IMG/VR virus record: IMGVR_UViG_3300026522_000061
DNA: 39,858 nt
Strand: one strand, 5' to 3'
Source of the DNA: a virus
The notes under the pieces were generated by a model, which was not told the origin of the DNA, did not search any database, and was given only the letters and a program-made list of their open reading frames with translations. The translations under genes and the position numbers were made by a program. Positions 18,766 to 27,142 of the stretch are shown piece after piece; within the stretch, counting starts at the first letter, position 1, and every line of letters starts with the position of its first letter.

Positions 18766-20134
18766 TGTATTTGCACATTAAGTAGTTCAAACTGTCTAAT
18801 AGTCCCTGCTGCACTCCCTTTTTGCCCTCCAGTGCCGCGGCTGCCCTCTCGTCCACGGTGCCGGTACAGATTAGCTGGTACACAGTAACCGGGTGCTGCT
18901 GCCCTTGGCGGTGCAGGCGTGCGTTAGCCTGCTGGTAGTGCTCCAAATTCCAGCCAGTGCCAAACCATACGATATAGTGGCCGCCCTGCTGCATATTAAG
19001 CCCATACGCGGTACTGGCGGGGTGTGCCAGCAGTACGTCTATCTTCCCTGCGTTCCAGTCTCTCAAATCTGCCTCGCCCTCATAGGTTCTAACCTTGTAG
19101 CCTTTCAGCCGCTCGGCTATCCTGCCTATATCGTGCTTGTACTGGTAGAATACCAAAACGCTGCTGCCGTTGGCTGCCTCCACAATCTCGGCCAGTCTGT
19201 CCAGCTTCTCGCCGTGGATGCTGTGTACCTGCCTATCATCGTCGTATATCGCGCCGTTGGCAAACTGGCTTAACTTGTTCATCAGCCCAGCCGCGCTGTT
19301 TGCCAGTACGTTTGCCGGTTCTTCCCCGTGTTCGGCCTTGAACTCCAAAACCTTGTCTCGCTCAAATTTGGTATATGCCGCCATAGTCTTTGCTGATAGT
19401 TCCACTTTCACCGTGTGGGTTATCATATCCGGCAGCTGTAGGTAGTCTTTGGCTTGCATACTCAAACATATATCGGCTATCTTAGCCCGTATCACTTCCT
19501 CGCATCCCTTTTTCACGTCGCAGCGCACTATAATGTTATTCCATTTGTGGGTCTCAAAATAGGTTTCCCGGTATTTGCTTACCGATTTGCCCAGCCGTTC
19601 GCCTTGGTCTAAACAGTACATCTGCGCCCATAGGTCTATCAGCCCGTTAGGTGCTGGCGTACCCGTCAGCCCGATAACCCGCTTTATGCCCGGCAGGGCT
19701 ATGCGCATCGCCTTGAAACGCTCGCTTTTTGAACTCTTGAAACTGGTCAGCTCGTCGATTACCAGTGCATCAAACGGCAGGTGGCCGCCATACTTGCCAA
19801 CCAGCCAAACAAAGTTATCGCGCCCGGTAACGTAGACGTCCGCTTTCTCGTTCAGTGCCATACACCGTTGTTTTTCGGTGCCCAGCACCTTGACTACCCG
19901 CAGGGCGTGCAGGTGTTCCCACTTCTCTGCCTCCGTGCTCCACGTCGTTTCTGCTACTTTCTTCGGGGCTACCACCAAAACGCGCTCTATATCGCAGTCA
20001 TCTATCAGCTGCTGTACTGCTGTCAGCGTACTAACGGTTTTGCCCAGTCCCATATCGAGAAACAGCCCGCATTTGGGTTTGTCGATTATCCACTGCATCG
20101 CAGTGCGCTGATATTCGTATGGTCTGTATATCAT
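18758..20134 (-). CDS. SNF2/DEAD-like superfamily-2 helicase
   Basis: Motifs GLGKT, DELTSFK and QANARLHRQGQ. Confidence 0.85.
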   Translation of the reverse strand: MIYRPYEYQRTAMQWIIDKPKCGLFLDMGLGKTVSTLTAVQQLIDDCDIERVLVVAPKKVAETTWSTEAEKWEHLHALRVVKVLGTEKQRCMALNEKADVYVTGRDNFVWLVGKYGGHLPFDALVIDELTSFKSSKSERFKAMRIALPGIKRVIGLTGTPAPNGLIDLWAQMYCLDQGERLGKSVSKYRETYFETHKWNNIIVRCDVKKGCEEVIRAKIADICLSMQAKDYLQLPDMITHTVKVELSAKTMAAYTKFERDKVLEFKAEHGEEPANVLANSAAGLMNKLSQFANGAIYDDDRQVHSIHGEKLDRLAEIVEAANGSSVLVFYQYKHDIGRIAERLKGYKVRTYEGEADLRDWNAGKIDVLLAHPASTAYGLNMQQGGHYIVWFGTGWNLEHYQQANARLHRQGQQHPVTVYQLICTGTVDERAAAALEGKKGVQQGLLDSLNYLMCKYNE

Positions 20135-20457
20135 AGCTGCGCGGATTTATAGGGTTTCAGAACTTCGTCTATATCGGGCTTGCTGGCGCATACGTGGACG
20201 TGATGCCCTAAACTTGCCATCTGCTGAAAGCGGATGCCCTGCAAAACCTTTGGCTTTTCTCCCTTGCTTTTCAGTTCCACCCATACGGTTACGCCGCCCG
20301 GCAGTAAGCAAATGCGGTCGGGATAGCCCACCATACCAGCATTTGCGTATTTTAGGCATATACCGCCCAGCTCTTTTACGCACGCGACCAAATAACGCTC
20401 TATGGCTTTTTCGCTTACTTCCGCGTGTCTAACTATGTTGTCTATCTTCTTGCTCAC
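20131..20457 (-). CDS. VRR-NUC domain nuclease
   Basis: 108 aa with GYPDRICLLPGG..VWVELKSKGEKP. Typical partner of SNF2 and VirE genes in this kind of replication module. Confidence 0.75.
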   Translation of the reverse strand: MSKKIDNIVRHAEVSEKAIERYLVACVKELGGICLKYANAGMVGYPDRICLLPGGVTVWVELKSKGEKPKVLQGIRFQQMASLGHHVHVCASKPDIDEVLKPYKSAQL

Positions 20458-20745
20458 TGCCTTTAATTTTTATCCTTGGTAAACCGAAACCGAAAAAAAC
20501 TATTTTTCCTATATATACCCTATACGCGTGTTATATACGTGTTTTTATATGTGTATATCTATATACTACGTTATTTTATTACTTTATATAATTTCTTGGT
20601 TTACATAGTTTACATATATATTTATATACTGATTATCAGTAATTTAGCCGTAAACTAAACGTGTAAACCGAATTTTCGGCACTCGGTTTCAGTTTACAAA
20701 ACCGCTTCGCGCCACTTTCGGCACTCGGTTTACACCGTTTACAAA
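20458..20745. promoter_or_regulatory. Putative replication origin: AT-rich tract with GTTTACA/TGTAAAC iterons and a 16-nt direct repeat
   Basis: TTTCGGCACTCGGTTT occurs at 20674-20689 and 20716-20731, 42 bp apart. I read about 8 GTTTAC(A)/GTAAAC copies in both orientations. The tract at roughly 20500-20640 is very AT-rich. Confidence 0.55.
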
Positions 20746-23198
20746 TCGTCCTCATTTTCATCGTTCGGTTTACGTCTAAATCCTTTCTGCACGCCATATA
20801 GCTGCTGCACGTGGCGCGTGCTACTGATACGTTCCCAGTCGGGCAAACCGTCTATTATCTTGCATATCCGGCGGGCCAAATACTTGTAGTCCTTATCGGT
20901 CATATCCTTGCCCATCTGCTCGCAGATAAATTCAGCGGCGCACACCCTTTCGCGCAGTTCCGTGCCATCGGCTTGCAGCGGGTCGGGGTCTCGCAGGTAA
21001 CTGCGGCGTGCCTGCACGTCCATAGTGTCCCACGTCACCGGCAGGCGCGTATCTAAATACTTGGTCAGCATCGCCACTATAGGGTCGTCGCTATCGTCGT
21101 TAAACTCCTGCTGCCTCTGCTTCGCCTGCGCCTCCAGTTCGTCGCTGAGGTAAAGCCGTTCGCCCTGCTTGTAGTAGTGGACGGCCTCAGCCCAAAGCTG
21201 GTCACGGTCGCGCGTCAGTGCTTCGTGCCAGTTGTGGTATTTTCGCAGGGCCGCATTTACCGGGATAACCCAAAAGCGGCGGTTTCCGTTGTCACCCTTT
21301 AGAAAAAGTGCCTCGTTTGTCGTGCCGCAAAATACGCACTGGCGCGGATGCTCCGATACCCTGCGCCCGTAGGCAGCGCGGTATATATCCACCTGCTTAG
21401 ATAGGTAGGCTTTAACCTGCTCCACGTCGCTGCGCTTGATACTGGAAAGTTCGCCCAGCTCAATTAACCACGCCCTGCGCAGCTGCTCCATACCCTCTTT
21501 GCCCTCTGTGGTCGTAATGCTGTCGTTAAACCAGCTGCCGCCCATAATGGCCAGCAGGGTAGATTTGCCGATACCCTCTGCGCCCGACATAATTAGGCAG
21601 TAATCGTATTTGCAGCCGGGCTGGAATACTCGCGCCACGGCAGCGGTAAAGTGCTTGCGGCACATAGCGCGGTTCAGCGCGTTGTCCTCAGCCCCCATAT
21701 AGTCTATAACTATCTTGTCCAGCCTTGGCACGCCGTCCCATCGCAGCCCGTTGAGGTAGTCGCGGATAGGGTGGTAGCTGTGGCGCGTCAGCACTGCGGT
21801 TAGTGCGTCGCTTATCTTGTCCTTGCCCGTTATATCGTAGTTCCGTTCCAGCCATACGCGCAGGTTTGCGTCGTCGCTGTCAGTCCACTGGCCCGGCTGC
21901 GGTTTCCACGGCAGCGGCTCTTTTGCCGCGTCCATACCAGTAAACTGGTCGTGGACGATACGCCCAGCCAGTGCGGGGTCGTTCTCCAGTATCAGTATAA
22001 TGTTAGCGATACTGCAAAGCAGTTTGCCGCTTTTGGTGTACTCCAGTTCGGCTTTCCATTCGTCGCTGTAATCTTCGGGTACTTCCACGCCTCCGAAATC
22101 GTCCGCTACCTCTTTCTGCTTGTCTCTCGCCATCACCAGTTTAACCGCCTTGTCGGATGCCGCAAACTCCTGCATAGCCGCGTAACTCGGCCTGCGCGTT
22201 ACGTCCTGCGCCCTGCTTCCCTCATCCTGCGCACCGTATAGGTGTATGCGGCAAAGGTCGAAAGCGTTGCACAGCTGGCGGCTGGCGGGGTCTGTTTCGT
22301 GGTGGCTATAGGCAAATTTGCCCTCATAGCATACCAAACCGCCCGCCACGCTTCCCAGCTTGTACGTGTATCTGTCGGGCTGCGCCGTCGGCTCGTACTT
22401 GTCGCTGAGGAACTTTTCTATTACTTCCTCTATAGTGTATGCGCGGCAGAAAGCACCGATAATGCCCGGCTTCTCCAGCGGGTCGCCCGCTTTCTTCATT
22501 TCGTGCGCTATAACGTCGCCCTCCCTGCTGGATATAGGCCACGCGCTTACGTCCCTATAGTCCACGTACTGCGCCAAAACCGCGTCCACGTCGCAGGCTG
22601 GCCCGTCTTGGTACTCAAATACGTAGTCCGCATCCTTGGACGTGCTCGGCCAGTAGAATAGGCGCGGCAGCTCGTAGGTGGTATCGTCGAAAAGGTCTAT
22701 GCCTATTTCGGCTGCTATCTTACGGCAAAGCGGCTCGTACTCAGCTGGCGATACTTGGCGCGATAGCGGAAATACCAGCCTATAGCGCGGTGTTTTCGCG
22801 CTGTGCTTGTGCGTACTGTACAGCATTGCCGCAAAGTCGAAAGCCAGCGTAAAATCGTCCCATACGTTCAGCGTGCCGTAGTCTATATCCAGCGTGGCCA
22901 CGCTTCGGTACATTACGTTAGTGTTCTTTCTGATACCTTGCGATAGATAGCCACCGACAAAGCCGCCTACGTCCTTGACGTTGCTTTGTTCCTCGCGTGT
23001 CATACGTGCGTACTCCGCTGCGGTCTCGCCCGTGCGCTTGGTCTCGCTGCATCGCTGTAACAGCTCGCTCCATTGCCAGTGCCGGTTGCGCCACTTCTTA
23101 GATACGCGGCTGTGCGCGGTGGCTAAATCTATCGTAAAGTCGTTCTTAACTTTTATATCCATACAGCAGGGTACTGAAATAGTCTTTGTTACGCTCAT
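20739..23198 (-). CDS. Primase-polymerase / VirE-family P-loop replicative helicase
   Basis: 819 aa with a Walker A motif GAEGIGKST in the C-terminal half. The N-terminal domain is prim-pol-like. The true start may be MDIKV at 23162. Confidence 0.8.
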   Translation of the reverse strand: MSVTKTISVPCCMDIKVKNDFTIDLATAHSRVSKKWRNRHWQWSELLQRCSETKRTGETAAEYARMTREEQSNVKDVGGFVGGYLSQGIRKNTNVMYRSVATLDIDYGTLNVWDDFTLAFDFAAMLYSTHKHSAKTPRYRLVFPLSRQVSPAEYEPLCRKIAAEIGIDLFDDTTYELPRLFYWPSTSKDADYVFEYQDGPACDVDAVLAQYVDYRDVSAWPISSREGDVIAHEMKKAGDPLEKPGIIGAFCRAYTIEEVIEKFLSDKYEPTAQPDRYTYKLGSVAGGLVCYEGKFAYSHHETDPASRQLCNAFDLCRIHLYGAQDEGSRAQDVTRRPSYAAMQEFAASDKAVKLVMARDKQKEVADDFGGVEVPEDYSDEWKAELEYTKSGKLLCSIANIILILENDPALAGRIVHDQFTGMDAAKEPLPWKPQPGQWTDSDDANLRVWLERNYDITGKDKISDALTAVLTRHSYHPIRDYLNGLRWDGVPRLDKIVIDYMGAEDNALNRAMCRKHFTAAVARVFQPGCKYDYCLIMSGAEGIGKSTLLAIMGGSWFNDSITTTEGKEGMEQLRRAWLIELGELSSIKRSDVEQVKAYLSKQVDIYRAAYGRRVSEHPRQCVFCGTTNEALFLKGDNGNRRFWVIPVNAALRKYHNWHEALTRDRDQLWAEAVHYYKQGERLYLSDELEAQAKQRQQEFNDDSDDPIVAMLTKYLDTRLPVTWDTMDVQARRSYLRDPDPLQADGTELRERVCAAEFICEQMGKDMTDKDYKYLARRICKIIDGLPDWERISSTRHVQQLYGVQKGFRRKPNDENEDDL

Positions 23199-23352
23199 CG
23201 CAGTAAATGGTTACTAATCGGATGCCCTTAGCCATCCTTTTAACCTCCATTTCATACGGTGTTACCTCATCATCCAAACGGTCGTATAGTTCCCGCAGTT
23301 TGGCCGCTTCTATCTCGGCCTGCACGCTATTGTTAAATGCCTTATCTTTCAT
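23146..23352 (-). CDS. Hypothetical protein (68 aa)
   Basis: ORF from the track. It overlaps the annotated primase start, with less overlap if the primase starts at 23162. Confidence 0.5.
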   Translation of the reverse strand: MKDKAFNNSVQAEIEAAKLRELYDRLDDEVTPYEMEVKRMAKGIRLVTIYCDERNKDYFSTLLYGYKS

Positions 23353-23355
23353 ATA

Positions 23356-23493
23356 TCAGTCCTCCGGGATATAGTCTATACAAGTTGCTTGGTTATCATC
23401 TACCGGGTTATCAGTTAGCCCGCACTCGCTGCCTAAATAGGTGTGTACGCATAATGCGCAGTTACCGCAGCATCTTGTTTTATCATCGTTCAT
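23356..23493 (-). CDS. Small Cys-rich protein (45 aa: MNDDKTRCCGNCALCVHTYLGSECG...), below the ORF-track cutoff
   Basis: Hand-translated. It fills the gap between the methyltransferase stop and the next gene exactly. Confidence 0.4.
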   Translation of the reverse strand: MNDDKTRCCGNCALCVHTYLGSECGLTDNPVDDNQATCIDYIPED

Positions 23494-23494
23494 A

Positions 23495-24127
23495 TTAAAA
23501 TAATTTGGGTCGCAACCTCTCAGCCTCTACAAAATTTCTAAATCGCTGTTCCTCCATAGCGAAATAATCGCCGTCTATTTCGCACCCTACGAAAGAAAGC
23601 CCCATTTTGTATGCCGCTATTCTGCTGCTGCCACTTCCTAAATGCGTATCTAATATCTTATCACCGTCTTTGGCAAAAAGCCCGTAAATCCATTCGTATA
23701 GCTCCACGGGCTTTTGCGTAGGATGCCATTTCTTTTCCCTCGTAGTAGGGTTTTTGTCGAATTTCTTAGCGCCGATACTAAAAGAGGTATATGCCATTTC
23801 AAACTGTGAAAATGAAAGTTTGTCGCTAAACTTTTTATCCCATAACAGCCAGCATCTACTATCCCACGGCATACGACTGACAAAATAGTTTGCGCCCCAT
23901 ATAATTTGATTTTTTGATACCCTACGCAGCTCGTTAAAATACTCGGTGGGGGGGGGTGCTGCATCCCAGTAGGCTTTTTTGCGTCCGCTGTATGCCATAC
24001 CTTTTCGCCTGCCTATACTTTCGTTAATTTTAATTCCGTATGGTGGGTCGCAGACAGCTATATCAAAATACCCGTCCGGCACGTTCCGCATATACTCCAT
24101 ACAGTCTATATTATACGCCTCATTCAT
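23495..24127 (-). CDS. DNA methyltransferase (N6-adenine or N4-cytosine, beta-class motif order)
   Basis: DPPYG motif near the N-terminus and an AdoMet-binding DTHLGSGSS motif near the C-terminus. Confidence 0.85.
   Translation of the reverse strand: MNEAYNIDCMEYMRNVPDGYFDIAVCDPPYGIKINESIGRRKGMAYSGRKKAYWDAAPPPTEYFNELRRVSKNQIIWGANYFVSRMPWDSRCWLLWDKKFSDKLSFSQFEMAYTSFSIGAKKFDKNPTTREKKWHPTQKPVELYEWIYGLFAKDGDKILDTHLGSGSSRIAAYKMGLSFVGCEIDGDYFAMEEQRFRNFVEAERLRPKLF
23948..23956 (-). repeat. Homopolymer G9 (C9 on the coding strand) inside the methyltransferase ORF, encoding PPP
   Basis: Counted directly: ggt ggggggggg tgc. Confidence 0.9.
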
Positions 24128-24147
24128 TTTTAATTCTGATTTAATGC

Positions 24148-24165
24148 GCCCGGCTTGCGCCGGGC
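24148..24165 (-). promoter_or_regulatory. Hairpin 3' of VR2: GCCCGGC, TTGC loop, GCCGGGC
   Basis: Perfect 7-bp stem, 31 nt beyond the VR2 boundary. It is positionally homologous to the hairpin 3' of VR1. Confidence 0.7.
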
Positions 24166-24186
24166 TTAAAGATTAAAGACTAACTA

Positions 24187-24858
24187 TTAACAGTGTAAAA
24201 ATGCTGAAACGGGGCGAACTCTGCCCGTGTCCGGCGCCTTAGGGCTGCCGTACGCGTAGCCGTAGTTGAGGTCCAAAAACCACGCGTAGGTCGCGCTGTA
24301 CTCGGTAGAACTCCAGTACCAGCCTGCTAACTCTTGGCCACCTACGAAACGCATAGCGGCGTTAATGGCCTTGCGGTTGAGGCAGATTAAATACAGCTCG
24401 GCCAGTGTCGGGATATACTCGCCATCTTTCAGCTGGATAGCAGGATTAAGCCCCACGGCTTGCAGGTGCTCGGTGTTCTTCTTACCTTGCCAGTCCTGCA
24501 CAGCGTCCATATAGCTGTCGATATAGTGGCCTTTGCCATCGTCCTTTTTGCTGATCAGCGTAATTTCGTCCTCGCTTACGTCGTGCAGGGATATGGCTAC
24601 GCTATGGCTACCTTGGACGATACCGATATAGGCAGTATCGTTTGTGGTTTCGGTATCTTCCCCATCATAGCGCACTGCGTTGCCTTTGGTGTCGATTAGG
24701 TAAACGCCATCTGCCAGTCTGTCGCTGGCTGGTTCCTGCTTCTTAGCCTCATCACCACCGCGCACGAAATCCCAGCATTTCTGTGCGGTCTCTACGTTGT
24801 ACCCGGTTTCTTTTAGCAGGGTCATACGCACCTGCATATTGTTGCTAATAGCTTCCAT
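24187..24858 (-). CDS. DGR target protein 2 (DUF1566 / C-type-lectin-fold-like C-terminal domain carrying VR2)
   Basis: The C-terminus reads WYWSSTEYSATYAWFLDLNYGYAYGSPKAPDTGRVRPVSAFLHC. The 3' 108 nt match the TR except at template adenines. Confidence 0.9.
   Translation of the reverse strand: MEAISNNMQVRMTLLKETGYNVETAQKCWDFVRGGDEAKKQEPASDRLADGVYLIDTKGNAVRYDGEDTETTNDTAYIGIVQGSHSVAISLHDVSEDEITLISKKDDGKGHYIDSYMDAVQDWQGKKNTEHLQAVGLNPAIQLKDGEYIPTLAELYLICLNRKAINAAMRFVGGQELAGWYWSSTEYSATYAWFLDLNYGYAYGSPKAPDTGRVRPVSAFLHC
24197..24304 (-). repeat. DGR variable repeat VR2
   Basis: Aligned to TR 36306-36413. Across the hand-checked core (TR 36311-36413) there are 15 mismatches, all at TR plus-strand T, which is coding-strand A. 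Confidence 0.9.
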
Positions 24859-25189
24859 ATCTGCTGCTGTTTAGTTTGTTGATATTCTTTTTAACCTTGT
24901 CGTAGCACTCAGCATCTGCGTAGCTGTTGGCTACCTCGCCCTTGTCGCTCAAAATCTCATCGGTCAAATCTTTGCCGTAGTTGTGCATAAAGCAAAGGAA
25001 CTTTGTACCGTTGGATAACTCTACGATATAGGGGTAATCCAGCCCTACGGCAAAATCGCCCTTTTCGCATCCACTAACCCCCGCTGTGTAGTTAGGGTTA
25101 AACTCTATTACATCGGCGTTAGCAGTCCACTGCTTTTCACCATAGCGGCGTATGGCCGCGTACTTGAATTTCAAAAATTTCTTGTTCAT
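24845..25189 (-). CDS. Hypothetical protein (114 aa)
   Basis: ORF from the track, packed between the polymerase and DGR target 2. Confidence 0.6.
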   Translation of the reverse strand: MNKKFLKFKYAAIRRYGEKQWTANADVIEFNPNYTAGVSGCEKGDFAVGLDYPYIVELSNGTKFLCFMHNYGKDLTDEILSDKGEVANSYADAECYDKVKKNINKLNSSRYGSY

Positions 25190-25193
25190 ATAA

Positions 25194-27140
25194 CTAATCT
25201 TTTAGGTAGTATGGTGTAGTGTAGCCTGCGCCTTTCAGCGGCAGGTCTCGGCACCAGCTAATCTGTTTGCTAAATATGGCTTCCACGTCTGCCAGCGTTT
25301 GCCCTGCTTCCGCTTCTACCACTATCTCATCGTGGATATGGAAAACGATATTTAACCCGCTTTCCTCAGCTCTGATAATCACGTTACCCAGTACGTCACG
25401 GGCTATCGCCTGCACTACGTTCTCGGTCAGCTTACCGCCATACGTGCGTATCTTTTCCCACTTTTTGGTCGTTTGGTTCAGTCCCTCGTACTCGATTATT
25501 TCGTGGTCGCCTCTCCATCCGTCCCCGTACTCTATGCCTATAGTGGCGCGCGGGTAACAAATGGTTCTGCCGGACGGCAGGGTAATAAGCAGCATACCCC
25601 ATCTGTAGGAAACTTCTATACCTCGGTTAATCGTCACGCTTTCGCCTGTCTTGATAGCCTTTACCGCCGCTTGTTCTATGATAGTCCAAAAGCGTACTAT
25701 CTTCGGGTTAGCGTCGCGCCACTTTCGTATAATTTTCTTTTCCTCGTACTCGGTCAGCCCCATACGGCTGCCCCCCATATTCTCCAGCGCGCCTACGCCG
25801 CCGCCGTAGCCCAGTGCCAGCACCGCTATTTTGCCCTTGGCGCGCAGTTCTGCGTTTTCGCCGTGCTTCTCTACCTTGCAGTGGAACATCTGCCCGGCTG
25901 TAGCGCAGTAAATATCGCCGTCTTGCCGGAATACATCCAGCACCCAGTTTTCACCTGCCAGCCACGCGATAACGCGCGCCTCGATAGCTGAGAAATCGCA
26001 GACGTGGAAAACGCAGCCGGGCTTGGCGATAAATGCGGTACGTATCAGTTCCGAAAGTACGTGCGTAGGGTTTTCGTAGTTCAGCTCGAAATCCTCCAAA
26101 TCGCCCGCCTTGACTAACTGCCGCGCGTAGTCCAAATCGCGCAGGTGGTTTTGTGGCAGGTTCTGCACCTGCACCAGCCTGCCAGCCCATCGCCCGGTAC
26201 GCGCCGCGCCGCAGAACTGCAAAAGTCCGTGTATTCGGCCATCATTGCAGACGCATTGCAGCATAGCTGCGTATTTCTTGTTTGAGGTCTTGCCCATTTC
26301 GCGGCGTATGGCTAAAACGCGCTGCGCTTTCGGCCAGTATCTAAACTGCTTGTCCATATCGTCCAAATCCTTTTTGTTGAGGCTGGCGATACTGAAACCA
26401 GTAGTTTTGTGAAGGTACTCTTTTATCTGCGCCGGGCTGTTGGGGTTTTCCATCCCGGTTAGCTGCTGCGCCTCGGCAAACAGCTGCGCTTTATACTCAT
26501 CATCGAAACGGGCGGCGTTCTCGGCCAGCTGGCGGTCTAACATAACGCCACGGTCGTTAATACGCTGGTCTATGGTGTACAGCACTTCGTCAAATGCGGC
26601 AGGCTCCAGCCTGCGCACCTTGGCTAATATCTGCTGCTCTACCTCCACGTCCCGGATATTGTACGCCTTGAATGTTTCCCACTTGTCGGGTGCATCTGCT
26701 GGCAGGTGTCGTTTGCCTCGGTTCGGTACGCTGAAATATCGTATCAGTGCTGCGCCCTCTTTCATCTTACCGTCCGAAAGCCTAAGCACCTCACCACACT
26801 GCCCCAGCGATAGCGGCAAACCCATACGGGCGGCTCGTACCATCGTGCATTTCCACTGGCTTGCATCCATCAGCGGCCACCCGTAATACTTGGATATGCA
26901 AACGCGCTCAAATGCTGCGTTAAACGCGGTCTTGATAACGGCAGGATCTCGCAGGGCTTCGTATATCTCCGCTGGCAGCTGCTCGCCGCTTGCAAAGTCG
27001 CAGCACACTACCGGGCCGCCATCCACACTATACGCAAACAGCAGTATAGTAAAGTCCTTGGCTTCCACGTAGCGATATACGCCGCATCTTGACAGGTCGT
27101 GGCTGCTGTAGGTTTCAATATCTATCCCTATCTCTCGCAT
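25194..27140 (-). CDS. Family A DNA polymerase with an N-terminal 3'-5' exonuclease domain
   Basis: 648 aa. N-terminal IDIETYS, motif B-like KGKIAVLALGYGGG and motif C HDEIVVE. Confidence 0.9.
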   Translation of the reverse strand: MREIGIDIETYSSHDLSRCGVYRYVEAKDFTILLFAYSVDGGPVVCCDFASGEQLPAEIYEALRDPAVIKTAFNAAFERVCISKYYGWPLMDASQWKCTMVRAARMGLPLSLGQCGEVLRLSDGKMKEGAALIRYFSVPNRGKRHLPADAPDKWETFKAYNIRDVEVEQQILAKVRRLEPAAFDEVLYTIDQRINDRGVMLDRQLAENAARFDDEYKAQLFAEAQQLTGMENPNSPAQIKEYLHKTTGFSIASLNKKDLDDMDKQFRYWPKAQRVLAIRREMGKTSNKKYAAMLQCVCNDGRIHGLLQFCGAARTGRWAGRLVQVQNLPQNHLRDLDYARQLVKAGDLEDFELNYENPTHVLSELIRTAFIAKPGCVFHVCDFSAIEARVIAWLAGENWVLDVFRQDGDIYCATAGQMFHCKVEKHGENAELRAKGKIAVLALGYGGGVGALENMGGSRMGLTEYEEKKIIRKWRDANPKIVRFWTIIEQAAVKAIKTGESVTINRGIEVSYRWGMLLITLPSGRTICYPRATIGIEYGDGWRGDHEIIEYEGLNQTTKKWEKIRTYGGKLTENVVQAIARDVLGNVIIRAEESGLNIVFHIHDEIVVEAEAGQTLADVEAIFSKQISWCRDLPLKGAGYTTPYYLKD

Positions 27141-27142
27141 CG

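Noticed and set aside
20476-20658. 60-aa plus-strand ORF (Y/I/F/L-rich) in the AT-rich tract
   Set aside because: It is an artefact of AT-rich repeat sequence and is interpreted as origin DNA.
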